32,000 nt of DNA from Crocosphaera subtropica ATCC 51142 (GTDB lineage: Bacteria; Cyanobacteriota; Cyanobacteriia; Cyanobacteriales; Microcystaceae). How positions within the stretch are numbered: position 1 is the first letter of the stretch; each line of letters starts with the position of its first letter. The stretch lies in assembly GCF_000017845.1 (NCBI RefSeq), contig NC_010546.1, positions 3,720,001-3,752,000 on the forward strand, written 5' to 3'. Made by a program: the position numbers and the translations under genes. The notes under the pieces are model-generated. The model was given only the letters and a program-made list of their open reading frames with translations, was not told where the DNA came from and did not search any database. Shown here one piece after another: positions 20,663 to 29,557 of the stretch.

Positions 20663-22165
20663 CTAATTTAACCAATCTTCAATTTCCTTTGTTAAAAAAA
20701 GTGCCTCTTCTTCTGTTAATTTATTACCTAAATTATAAATCATTTTTCTTGTATTAAGAGTAACATTATAACGATGGCTTAATTCATGAATAAAAATCCC
20801 TAGAATGTTATTTTTTGATTCTTGTTCTTGATAATACTCAAAGCCAAATATCTTTTCTTGGATTTTTAACATTTCTTTGTCAAAAACTAAATGAGTTTTT
20901 GAACTCATGCTACTAATCATATAAACTAATAGTAGTATTAAAATAGTTGTAAAACTCATACCTCCCATAATTTCTAAAGATGCCATAATAAATGATGGAT
21001 TTTTAACCATCATTCCAGTAATAATTAAGGAAAAAGGAATTAAAAACAGTCCAGAAACAGTCATCAAAGGAACTATTTGGTTAAAATTCAACTGATTGTT
21101 AATTAAATTTGTTTCAATTTTTAACAATTTACCAATTAACTTTAATTTAGATGAGGGGATAATAATTTGTAGTGATTGGTCTGTTTTATTTAATTTGACT
21201 TTGGTCCTTAATTCATTTTTTTTACTTGATTGAATTAAATTATTTTTTAGCTTTTTTTTCTGTGCTGTTTTTCCTGTTTGTAAAGCTTGTAATGCTTCCC
21301 GTGCAGTTTGATGACGTTGAGATAGTTTGATTTCAGTTAATGTTATTAACCAAGTCTTTAAAGCAGGGCTAATCTTTCCTTCGTCCTCAAACTCAATTTG
21401 ATAATCTTGGTTATGTAAATCTGTGGGAGAAATACCTGTTAGAAGATGAATTAAAGTAGCTCCCAATGCGTATAAATCAGAAGAAAAAACCGCTTTACCC
21501 CAAAATTGTTCTAAGGGAGTATAACCACTGGTTCCTACCACAGTAAAGCTAATATTAGTAACTGAATTTTGATCTTGCACTGCGCCAAAATCAATCAAGT
21601 AAATGTTATTATCTTCCCCTAAAATTAAATTACTGGGTTTAATATCTCGATGTAATACAGGGGGATTTAATTCATGTAAATAGATTAAAATCTTGAGAAG
21701 TTTTATGGCAATTTTACGAATTTTAGCCTCAGAAAATCTTTCCCCTTGTTCTAATAAATCCTGTAATGATTTCCCTGGTATATAGTCCTCTACTAAGCCA
21801 AACCAAGGAATCCCATTTCCTAGCTCTTGAGGCACTTCAAAATAGTTACGATAACGAGGAATAAACGGATGATCTAACCCTTGTAAAATTCTTGCTTCTC
21901 TTTCAAAGAGTTTAAATTGTTCCCAAGAGAGTTGGGGATTAAATGCTAATAATTTAACCGTTACTTTTTCATAAATATTAGGATGAAATAACTGATTGAT
22001 ATTATAAAACCATGTTAACCAAGGGAGTTGCTTTTTTTTGTTAGCATATAAATCAATGGGAGAAAATAAATCATCTGCTAACCAAGTTTGATGACCCACT
22101 GCTGTTTTTCCTAAAGGTTCTAGGAGTCGATAACGTTTACACAGAATATCCCCAACCTGAAACAT
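20663..22165 (-). CDS. membrane-anchored Hanks-type Ser/Thr protein kinase (upstream paralog, 500 aa)
   Basis: 'VTVKLL', 'FEREARIL', 'HRDIKPSNLIL', 'DFGAV', 'SGYTPLEQ'. Two hydrophobic helices and a C-terminal domain similar to the downstream paralog. The stop lies 7 nt from the next start. Confidence 0.9.
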   Translation of the reverse strand: MFQVGDILCKRYRLLEPLGKTAVGHQTWLADDLFSPIDLYANKKKQLPWLTWFYNINQLFHPNIYEKVTVKLLAFNPQLSWEQFKLFEREARILQGLDHPFIPRYRNYFEVPQELGNGIPWFGLVEDYIPGKSLQDLLEQGERFSEAKIRKIAIKLLKILIYLHELNPPVLHRDIKPSNLILGEDNNIYLIDFGAVQDQNSVTNISFTVVGTSGYTPLEQFWGKAVFSSDLYALGATLIHLLTGISPTDLHNQDYQIEFEDEGKISPALKTWLITLTEIKLSQRHQTAREALQALQTGKTAQKKKLKNNLIQSSKKNELRTKVKLNKTDQSLQIIIPSSKLKLIGKLLKIETNLINNQLNFNQIVPLMTVSGLFLIPFSLIITGMMVKNPSFIMASLEIMGGMSFTTILILLLVYMISSMSSKTHLVFDKEMLKIQEKIFGFEYYQEQESKNNILGIFIHELSHRYNVTLNTRKMIYNLGNKLTEEEALFLTKEIEDWLN

Positions 22166-22311
22166 AATATTGACAATTATTTGAGAATTTATTATCTATT
22201 TATATATTAATTGATCCTAAGAAAATATAAGTGATTGATGAAAATTTATATTTCTTGTTACCACAACCTCTCATAATAGAAAAAGAGAACCAGTTACAAG
22301 AGATATCACAA

Positions 22312-23304
22312 ATGAGTAGTCATCAGACCATGAAAGTCGGTATATTAGGCTTCGGGGGACTCGGACAAGCCGCCACCAAAGTTCTCGCCCCAAAACAAGA
22401 AATGACCTGGGTTGCAGCAGCCGATCTCAAAGGTTATGCTTACTGTGAGACAGGATTAAACCCTCAAACGGCGATCGCTACTTATGGCCAACAGGGATCG
22501 ATCGGATATTTAGACCCCTACGGAACCCTTAGCAACCATAGTATCAAAGACCTCTTGGAAACGGCCAAGGTAGATGGTTATTTTTTAGCCCTTCCTAACC
22601 TTCCTAACACCTTCATGGCCGATGTCGCTAGACAGTTTATCGCCTCTGGATGGAAAGGGGTGTTAGTAGATGCCCTCAAGCGTACCAGTGCGGTTGAACA
22701 ACTGCTACAACTGCAAGGGGACTTACAGGCGGCCGGTATCACCTACATGACTGGTTGTGGTGCAACCCCTGGCTTATTAACGGCTGCTGCTGCGGTTGCT
22801 GCCCAAAGTTATCATGAAGTCCACAGTGTTAAAATTACCTTTGGAGTCGGTATTGCCAACTGGGAAGCTTATCGCGCTACCATTAGAGAGGATATTGCCC
22901 ATTTACCAGGGTTTACCGTGGATAAGGCTAAAGCCATGAGTGATGCTGAGGTAGAAGCCTTCCTTGATCAAACCAAGGGCATTCTTACCCTCGAAAATAT
23001 GGAACACGCTGACGATATCATGTTAGAGTTGGCTGGTATTTGTTCCCGCGATCGCGTTACCGTTGGGGGTGTAGTAGATACTCGCAACCCGAAAAAACCG
23101 TTAAGTACAAATGTTCAAATCACAGGACGCACCTTTGAAGGAAAAATTTCTACCCATACTTTTACCTTAGGGGATGAAACTAGCATGGCGGCAAATGTCT
23201 GCGGGCCGGCTTTTGGTTATCTTAAAGCAGGGTTATCCTTGCATCGTCGTGGTATTCATGGGTTGTTTACCGCAGCAGAAATAATGCCTCACTTTGTTAG
23301 ATAA
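22312..23304 (+). CDS. NAD(P)-binding Rossmann-fold oxidoreductase (saccharopine dehydrogenase-like)
   Basis: '[15 protein letters not shown]' dinucleotide-binding motif near the N-terminus and 'GCGATPGLL'. ATG 22312 or 22330 is preferred over the GTG 22231 extension. The family name is recollection. Confidence 0.75.
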   Translation: MSSHQTMKVGILGFGGLGQAATKVLAPKQEMTWVAAADLKGYAYCETGLNPQTAIATYGQQGSIGYLDPYGTLSNHSIKDLLETAKVDGYFLALPNLPNTFMADVARQFIASGWKGVLVDALKRTSAVEQLLQLQGDLQAAGITYMTGCGATPGLLTAAAAVAAQSYHEVHSVKITFGVGIANWEAYRATIREDIAHLPGFTVDKAKAMSDAEVEAFLDQTKGILTLENMEHADDIMLELAGICSRDRVTVGGVVDTRNPKKPLSTNVQITGRTFEGKISTHTFTLGDETSMAANVCGPAFGYLKAGLSLHRRGIHGLFTAAEIMPHFVR

Positions 23305-23314
23305 AGATAAAAAA

Positions 23315-23341
23315 AGGATAGGTTCTGTTGTAGCCTATCCT
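23315..23341. terminator. bidirectional terminator between convergent genes
   Basis: aggatagg / cctatcct perfect 8-bp stem, flanked by an A-run upstream and T-rich sequence downstream. Confidence 0.6.
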
Positions 23342-23353
23342 GACTTTGTATTT

Positions 23354-24001
23354 TTATTTGTTCTTAGCTTTCCCTAATTTACGTTTGAAACTTGTTCCAA
23401 AAGCGATCGCTGTTCCGGCCCCAAGAATAGTTAAAGGTTCGGGAACGGCATTGACTTCGACGTACTTAACCAGATAGTCGTCCTTCTTGTCGATAACAGT
23501 AAACCCGAACTTTGTACCTGTAGGACTGGGATTAAAAATAAAATTACTGATGTCAAGGTCTAAGAAATTTCCCCCAGGAATATCAGCAGCAATGAACTGA
23601 TTCCCATCTACGAATAATTTAAAATCATCATTGTCTCCTACACGACTAAAGGTAACAGATACTAGATTAACAACTTGATTAAAGGTTAAGACGAGGGTTT
23701 CGTCAGGTCCGACACCATCAATTTGATTGTCGTCACCATCGAAGAGAACTTCCTTTGTTACTCCTGAACCTAACAAACTACGATAAACATTACGACCATT
23801 ACCATTATCTAAGATTCCTGTTGTAGTTAGTCCAATGCCGTCCTTAGTATAGCTAAAGAAAGAGCCAACTTCTGGCACATTGAGTCCATTACCTAGATAA
23901 AAGCTGGTTGCTTCAGCCAAATCAGAAAATCCAAAACTCCCTGCTAAAATAGTCCCTAAAGCAACAACTGTATGGGGTGCAAAATATTTCATTGTTTTCA
24001 T
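23354..24001 (-). CDS. PEP-CTERM sorting-domain secreted protein
   Basis: N-terminal signal peptide. The C-terminus 'VPEPLTILGAGTAIAFGTSFKRKLGKAKNK' is the PEP motif, a TM helix and a basic tail. Confidence 0.88.
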   Translation of the reverse strand: MKTMKYFAPHTVVALGTILAGSFGFSDLAEATSFYLGNGLNVPEVGSFFSYTKDGIGLTTTGILDNGNGRNVYRSLLGSGVTKEVLFDGDDNQIDGVGPDETLVLTFNQVVNLVSVTFSRVGDNDDFKLFVDGNQFIAADIPGGNFLDLDISNFIFNPSPTGTKFGFTVIDKKDDYLVKYVEVNAVPEPLTILGAGTAIAFGTSFKRKLGKAKNK

Positions 24002-24511
24002 GTAATCAGATAGGGTTTTGAGTTGTTTGACAACTTCTGTAATTCTACTGATGATCTTTGGATGTGTCTGTAAACGTAATGTATAACTTTGTGTACAACT
24101 TCCGATAACATTCGTGAAGTTAATTCTTCTCTCCTGTCTATTCCCTATGATGGATAATTAATCAACAAAATTTTGATCTTCAAAGGTAGCTATTCCTTGT
24201 TGTAATACTGCTAAAATCTTAGTTAAATCTCTTGTTAATAGAACATAAATATCTAAGACAAACTTGGATAAAGTGAACTTTTAATGATACTTTTATCATC
24301 AGTTTGTAATTTATTAAATGATGAATAGCTTATGGTTATTGTCCTGATACCAATTCTCAAAAGTTACTAGAGACTGAATTAATATTCTTTTTCCTTTATC
24401 TCCTCTATTCCCTCTGCTTACTTCAACTAATAATCTCTATTGTTAATAAAGAGAATTGGTATGACCTGTTCGTTTATGCCCTAGTCTTCAAGAACTTAAT
24501 AGTATTCTAAT

Positions 24512-24541
24512 AACAAAGGAGCAAGCATTAATGCTTGCTCC
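24512..24541 (-). terminator. rho-independent terminator of tRNA-Glu
   Basis: ggagcaagca-ttaa-tgcttgctcc (24518-24541), a perfect 10-bp stem. Followed on the minus strand by TTTGTT. Confidence 0.7.
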
Positions 24542-24547
24542 TTCGAG

Positions 24548-24620
24548 TACCCCCAAGGGAATTTGAATCCCTGTCGCCTCCGTGAAAGGGAGGTGTCCTA
24601 GGCCACTAGACGATGGGGGC
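24548..24620 (-). tRNA. trnE: tRNA-Glu (anticodon UUC)
   Basis: Minus-strand 73 nt, GCCCCCATCGTCTAGTGGCCTAGGACACCTCCCTTTCACGGAGGCGACAGGGATTCAAATTCCCTTGGGGGTA. I folded it manually into a cloverleaf with anticodon loop CTTTCAC. No encoded CCA. Confidence 0.95.
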
Positions 24621-24642
24621 TTGTGTTTTCCAGACCTTTATT

Positions 24643-24671
24643 AATATAACAAGGGTTTTTATCAGTGTCAA
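24643..24671 (-). promoter_or_regulatory. sigma-70 type promoter of tRNA-Glu
   Basis: Minus strand reads TTGACA, a 17-nt spacer, then TATATT. The -10 ends 22 nt before the mature tRNA 5' end. Confidence 0.55.
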
Positions 24672-24842
24672 TAGTTTGGAAAAATTTTTTTTTCAGCATG
24701 GTTTTTGAGTGCGTGGAATCTCAGGAATTAGGTAAATTCAACAAGTCGTGGTAAAGTAGGATCGCTAGTTAAATGGATATAGAGTGACCATTCAAGCTTA
24801 AAATTGATGATCGCTCATTAAAAACTTAAAGAAGACTTAACT

Positions 24843-25928
24843 ATGACGAGGCAATATCGCATTACCCTACTTCCAGGGGATGGCATCGGCCCTGAAATTC
24901 TAGCTGTTACTGTTGATATCCTCAAACTTGTCGGGACGCAGTTAGACATTGATTTTCAATTTCAAGAGGCTTTAATCGGAGGGGTAGCCATTGACGAAAC
25001 AGGTAAACCCCTTCCCGATGAAACCTTAGAAATATGTCGCAGTAGCGATGCGGTATTATTGGCTGCGATTGGGGGTTATAAATGGGATAATTTGCCCCGT
25101 GAACAACGACCGGAAACAGGATTATTAGCTATTCGCGCCGGACTTAACCTCTTTGCCAATTTACGACCTGCCACTATCCTCCCTCAGTTAATCGATGCCT
25201 CTTCCCTCAAACCAGAAATTGTTGAAGGGGTCGATATTATGGTCGTGCGAGAATTAACCGGTGGTATCTATTTTGGGGAACCAAAGGGCATTTTTGAAAC
25301 CGAAACTGGGGAAAAACGAGGGGTCAATACGATGGCTTATACAGAGTCAGAAATTGATCGTATTGCCAAAGTGGCCTTTGAAGCAGCACAAAAACGCAGT
25401 GGAAAACTCTGTTCTGTAGATAAAGCGAATGTCTTAGATGTCTCTCAATTATGGCGCGATCGCGTTACCTTGATGGGGAAAAAATACCCCGATGTGGAAC
25501 TATCCCATCTCTATGTAGATAATGCGGCCATGCAGTTAGTTAGAGAACCCAAACAGTTTGATACCATCGTCACAGGGAATTTATTTGGAGATATTCTCTC
25601 TGATGCAGCCGCTATGTTAACCGGCAGTATTGGGATGTTACCTTCAGCTAGTTTAGGTCTAGAAAAGCCGGGATTATTTGAACCCGTTCACGGTTCGGCC
25701 CCAGATATTGCAGGACAAGATAAGGCCAACCCCTTAGCACAAGTGCTAAGTGCTGCGATGATGTTACGCTACGGTTTAAATGAACCTAAAGCAGCTACGA
25801 AGCTAGAAAAAGCGGTTTTAGAAGCCTTAGCTCAAGGATACCGCACAGGAGATATTATGTCTCAAGGGATGAAAGCAGTGGGATGTAAAGCCATGGGAGA
25901 GGTTTTATTGAGAATATTGGAATCATAG
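24843..25928 (+). CDS. leuB: 3-isopropylmalate dehydrogenase
   Basis: 361 aa. '[13 protein letters not shown]', '[25 protein letters not shown]', '[12 protein letters not shown]'. Confidence 0.96.
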   Translation: MTRQYRITLLPGDGIGPEILAVTVDILKLVGTQLDIDFQFQEALIGGVAIDETGKPLPDETLEICRSSDAVLLAAIGGYKWDNLPREQRPETGLLAIRAGLNLFANLRPATILPQLIDASSLKPEIVEGVDIMVVRELTGGIYFGEPKGIFETETGEKRGVNTMAYTESEIDRIAKVAFEAAQKRSGKLCSVDKANVLDVSQLWRDRVTLMGKKYPDVELSHLYVDNAAMQLVREPKQFDTIVTGNLFGDILSDAAAMLTGSIGMLPSASLGLEKPGLFEPVHGSAPDIAGQDKANPLAQVLSAAMMLRYGLNEPKAATKLEKAVLEALAQGYRTGDIMSQGMKAVGCKAMGEVLLRILES

Positions 25929-26014
25929 TTAGGGGTTTTTCCGTCCTTTGATGTGTATTCTTTGCATAGTATATTAAAGATAAACCTCAATGATTGTGGG
26001 AGGAGATTACAATT

Positions 26015-26272
26015 ATGGCCTATACATCTCAAATTAAAGACCCTAGACAACAAACAATGGACTCCACCATCATTTTAGATCCTACTCTATTGAGGGCTGC
26101 CCAACGGATTTATCGTACCTATTGTATGTTACATCCTAGGAACGCTAAGCGACCCTATGGTATTGCTATTCATCGTAAGAGTTATCGAGGTCAGTTAATT
26201 TTCCGTAATAACCCCATTCTTTTACCTGGGGAATGTTTTGTTCCTACCAAGCAATTAGAAGTGGAAATATAG
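26015..26272 (+). CDS. small basic hypothetical protein
   Basis: 85-aa ORF from ATG 26015, with GGAGGAG 9 nt upstream. No family recognised. Confidence 0.45.
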   Translation: MAYTSQIKDPRQQTMDSTIILDPTLLRAAQRIYRTYCMLHPRNAKRPYGIAIHRKSYRGQLIFRNNPILLPGECFVPTKQLEVEI

Positions 26273-26313
26273 GGTTATTTTAGTCATTGACTATAGCGCG
26301 ATTGTTGGCTTCA

Positions 26314-26346
26314 ACTTATTTCATAACTGTTTGTTATGAAATAAGT
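26314..26346. repeat. perfect 14-bp inverted repeat (hairpin or palindromic site)
   Basis: acttatttcataac-tgttt-gttatgaaataagt. Confidence 0.8.
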
Positions 26347-26369
26347 CAACCAGATTATGGGTTATAGTA

Positions 26370-26840
26370 ATGACAACCCTACAAAACATTACTAACATTA
26401 CCTTTCCTCCAAGTGACTTATAGAGTCATAACCCCCCTGGGAGATTGCTTTACATCTACAACAGATTATCCTGGTATTAACTTGTTTAGACTGGTTATGG
26501 CAAGAAAGGAAAGATTACTATGCTTCGGGTAATCTGGCTATTTATTATAATGAATAAAAACTGAAAATAAAGAGATTTCTGTGGACGCAATTTTTTTGTG
26601 GTATCAGATACGCAAAAGCGTCCCCGTAAAATTTGGGTTGTTTGGGGAGAAGGAGGTAAATATTCCAATATAATTATTGAAATTTTATCAGATTCTACAG
26701 TAAATATTGACCGAACCCAAAACAAAGGATTATATCAACATACATTTCGTACCCCTGAATATTTTTGGTTTGATCTTTATAGTTTATAATTTCAGGGATT
26801 TATTTTGATTGGAGGACAATATCAAGCTATTAACCCTACT
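26370..26840 (+). pseudogene. Uma2 (DUF820) family endonuclease, heavily decayed and 3'-truncated
   Basis: Uma2-like pieces lie in three frames with in-frame stops: 'MTTLQNITNITFPPSDL*', 'WQERKDYYASGNLAIYYNE*', 'RDFCGRNFFVVSDTQKRPRKIWVVWGEGGKYSNIIIEILSDSTVNIDRTQNKGLYQHTFRTPEYFWFDLYSL*' and 'QGFILIGGQYQAINP'. Confidence 0.75.
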
Positions 26841-26927
26841 CCTAACTCCGAACCCCGAACTCATACGAGATCCGCTTTAGATAGTATAGTATCAAGTCTC
26901 GAAGCAGGGAGAAGGGAGAAGGGAGAA
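26834..26927. repeat. heptamer tandem repeats (CCNAACY x4 and GGGAGAA x3), STRR-like
   Basis: 26834-26861 ccctact|cctaact|ccgaacc|ccgaact. 26907-26927 gggagaa x3 (perfect). Confidence 0.8.
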
Positions 26928-26970
26928 AAAAGTTACTCTACTAAAATAAGCGGATTTGGTATCAGGTTAC

Positions 26971-28287
26971 CTAGTTTTCGCCAAATTGTAAAGCTTTACC
27001 TCTAATTTCGGTGTTTAATTTCCCTCTTTCGTAAACAATCTTGCCACCAACAATAGTAATAACAGGCCATCCCGTTAATTCCCATCCTTCAAAGGGACTC
27101 CAACCGCATTTTGTTTGTAATTCTTCTCTTAAAACAGGACGATAATTGTCTAAATCAACTAATACCAAATCTGCATCATAACCAGCTTGAATTAACCCTT
27201 TATTAGCAATTTTGTAAGCTTGTGCCGGACCATAAGACATCCAATGAGACACTTGAGCAATGGTACATTTTCCAGCTACTGCTTGAGTCAACATGACAGG
27301 TAAAGACGTTTCTACCCCCGGCATTCCCGAGGGAGAATTAGGATAACCTTTTGCCTTTTCTTCTAAGGTATGAGGAGCATGATCGGTGGCAATAAAATCA
27401 ATCACTCCATCCAGTAAAGCTTGCCATAAAACTTCATTATTTTCAGGGGATCTTAAGGGAGGATTCATCTGAGCTAAAGTGCCAATTTTTTCATAAGCTT
27501 CGGTGTTTAATAATAAATGTTGGGGGGTAACTTCTGCGGTTACCCAAGTCGGCTTATTTTCTCTTAAAAATTCTGCTTCGATACCTGTGGATAAATGTAA
27601 AATATGTAAACGTCTTTGGTATTTTTGTGAGAGTTTTAACGCTAGTTTAGTGGCATTCAAAGCAGCAATTTCATCTTGAATCTGAGAGTGAATAGAGGGA
27701 TCGCTAATCCCTTTAAATTCTTGACGACGTTGGAGAATTCTCCCTTGATCCTCTGCATGAACCGCAATTAAGCGATCGCCTTTGGCAAAAATGGGTTCAA
27801 TTTCACTCTCTTGAGACACTAATAAAGCCCCATGAGACGACCCCATAAAAATTTTAATCCCACAAACCGGATTCGCTGTTAATAAATCAGGCAAATTTTC
27901 GGCCGTTGCCCCAATAAAAAATCCATAATTAACTAAACACTTTTGAGAGGCTAATTCTAGCTTCTGATCCAATGTCTCTTGAGTAGTGGTTAAAGGGCGT
28001 GTATTGGGCATTTCTAGAAAAGAAGTAACTCCCCCCTTAGCACAAGCACAACTTGCCGTAAATAGGTCTTCTTTATGCTCTAAACCGGGTTCTCGAAAAT
28101 GAACTTGAGGATCAATGACCCCAGGCAACAAAGTTAACCCCGTAGCGTCTATGATGGTGGTAACTTCCGATTCCCTAATTTCTGGAGCAATCTGGACAAT
28201 TTTACCCTCTTTGATTAAGATATCTCCTATTAGAAACTCACCATCAGGTAAAAGAATACGAGGATGACGAATAAGAAGTGATGTCAT
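26971..28287 (-). CDS. pyrC: dihydroorotase
   Basis: 438 aa. 'GVIDPQVHFREPG' HxH-type metal site, 'ATDHAPH', 'GYDADLVLVDL'. Confidence 0.93.
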   Translation of the reverse strand: MTSLLIRHPRILLPDGEFLIGDILIKEGKIVQIAPEIRESEVTTIIDATGLTLLPGVIDPQVHFREPGLEHKEDLFTASCACAKGGVTSFLEMPNTRPLTTTQETLDQKLELASQKCLVNYGFFIGATAENLPDLLTANPVCGIKIFMGSSHGALLVSQESEIEPIFAKGDRLIAVHAEDQGRILQRRQEFKGISDPSIHSQIQDEIAALNATKLALKLSQKYQRRLHILHLSTGIEAEFLRENKPTWVTAEVTPQHLLLNTEAYEKIGTLAQMNPPLRSPENNEVLWQALLDGVIDFIATDHAPHTLEEKAKGYPNSPSGMPGVETSLPVMLTQAVAGKCTIAQVSHWMSYGPAQAYKIANKGLIQAGYDADLVLVDLDNYRPVLREELQTKCGWSPFEGWELTGWPVITIVGGKIVYERGKLNTEIRGKALQFGEN

Positions 28288-28429
28288 TTGAGAAAAAACC
28301 CCCTAAAATAAAATGAAGCATACTTTAATTGTCCCATCGACTTGGGTTTGACTAAACTAAAATCAAATATTCGTTACCTTTAACTCTGACAAATATCGAC
28401 TCGCTTAACTCCCACAGTATTTATATCCT

Positions 28430-29077
28430 ATGACTCGAAGCGTAAAACAAGATAAGAATAAGCGTCCTCAATCTCCTAAAAAAGAAAATCCTTGGGTTGA
28501 ACTCACCCAAACTGTTGTCACTGCTGTTATTTTAGCCTTTGGTATTCGTACCTTTGTGGCTGAAGCGCGCTACATTCCTTCATCTTCGATGGAACCTACC
28601 CTAGAAATCAACGATCGCCTGATTATTGAAAAATTAAGCTATCATTTCCGAGAACCGGTTCGGGGAGATGTGGTGGTCTTTAATCCCACAGAAGCCCTGA
28701 AAGCCCAAGATTTCCACGATGCTTTTATTAAGCGGATCATTGGCTTGCCTGGAGAAACCATTCAAGTTAAAGAAGGCAAAGTGTACGTCAATGGCAAAGA
28801 AATTACTGAAAAATATATTGCTGAAGATCCCACCTACGATTATGGTCCAGTCGTGGTTCCCGAAGGAGAATATCTTGTCTTAGGAGATAACCGCAATAAC
28901 AGTTACGATTCCCATTACTGGGGATTTGTACCGAAGGACAAAATTATCGGTAAAGCCTTTGTGCGTTTTTGGCCGTTCAATCGTTTAGGTAGTCTTGATC
29001 AACAACCCTTATATCCTGGACAAAATGTCAACCCAGATAGAAGTCAACAGTCGTTACTACCTGGATATCAATATTAA
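28430..29077 (+). CDS. lepB: signal peptidase I
   Basis: TM anchor, catalytic Ser box 'IPSSSMEPTL', Lys box 'FIKRIIGLPGE', 'GDNRNNSYDSHYWGFV'. Confidence 0.94.
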   Translation: MTRSVKQDKNKRPQSPKKENPWVELTQTVVTAVILAFGIRTFVAEARYIPSSSMEPTLEINDRLIIEKLSYHFREPVRGDVVVFNPTEALKAQDFHDAFIKRIIGLPGETIQVKEGKVYVNGKEITEKYIAEDPTYDYGPVVVPEGEYLVLGDNRNNSYDSHYWGFVPKDKIIGKAFVRFWPFNRLGSLDQQPLYPGQNVNPDRSQQSLLPGYQY

Positions 29078-29101
29078 CGGTATTAACGCTTAATTTTCTA
29101 T

Positions 29102-29140
29102 AAGGAGGGAGATCATCAATGAGCTACCTCCTTTTGTTGT
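29102..29140 (+). terminator. possible terminator after lepB
   Basis: aaggagg / cctcctt 7-bp stem with a large 18-nt loop, followed by ttttgttgtt. Confidence 0.35.
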
Positions 29141-29145
29141 TACAA

Positions 29146-29230
29146 CGGAGAGGGAGGGATTCGAACCCTCGTTGCCTTGCGACAAAGCAGTTTTCGAGAC
29201 TGCCGCATTCAACCACTCTGCCACCTCTCC
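29146..29230 (-). tRNA. trnS: tRNA-Ser (anticodon CGA)
   Basis: Minus-strand 85 nt, GGAGAGGTGGCAGAGTGG...GCAGTCTCGAAAACTGC...GAGGGTTCGAATCCCTCCCTCTCCG. Long variable arm, G73 discriminator, no encoded CCA. Confidence 0.93.
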
Positions 29231-29261
29231 AAGAGAGTTTGGGTTTACTTGACCATTGCCT

Positions 29262-29267
29262 ATTATA
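29262..29267 (-). promoter_or_regulatory. candidate -10 box (TATAAT) for tRNA-Ser
   Basis: Perfect TATAAT on the minus strand 31 nt upstream of the tRNA 5' end. The -35 is poor (TTTTTA). Confidence 0.3.
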
Positions 29268-29557
29268 GCAACCTGAGTTCGATATAAAAAAATCTATAGA
29301 TAACTTGTCAAAATAAGAAGTCTCAAACCCTGATTCCCTAGTTCAAACAATCCTAACTCCGTTGCGTAGCATGACGTAGTCGCACTCCGAACCCCTAACA
29401 CCGAACTCAGTTTATAGCAGGGTTCTTCTATTGCACCTCGTTTGCTTTAGCTTCAATTAAAGGAACGTCTTAAATTCTTTACAAAAAATCGACCCTTCTG
29501 GTTTAACATATAGGTCAAGCGATTTGATGCCCCTAGGGTTTTAACATAGATTTTAAG

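Noticed and set aside
19372-22165. Idea that the two kinases are pseudokinases because the Gly-rich loop lacks the middle glycine
   Set aside because: All other catalytic elements are intact: VxK lysine, alpha-C Glu, HRDxKxxN, DFG, and the downstream Asp and Arg. The first and third glycines of the loop are also present, so they are probably active.
22231-22311. GTG-initiated 27-codon N-terminal extension of the oxidoreductase
   Set aside because: The Rossmann motif '[12 protein letters not shown]' should sit at the extreme N-terminus, so ATG 22312 or 22330 is more plausible. The extension would also consume the short divergent promoter region shared with the kinase operon.
25862-26053. Minus-strand 63-aa ORF overlapping the leuB 3' end
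   Set aside because: It overlaps the leuB coding sequence and the RBS and start of the + strand small ORF. It has no supporting signals.
24340-26970. Shared 11-mer ttggtatcagg (reverse complement at ~24343, direct at ~26957) as evidence for a repeat family
   Set aside because: By rough estimate, hundreds of chance 11-mer matches are expected between the two strands of a 32-kb window. The flanks do not extend the match.
26495-27005. Track ORFs 26495-26725 (-), 26598-26789 (+) and 26805-27005 (+) as separate genes
   Set aside because: They are explained by the decayed Uma2 pseudogene (one is a fragment of it, one is antisense to it) and by heptamer repeats, which give the 'PTPNSEPRTH...GRREKGEK' translation.
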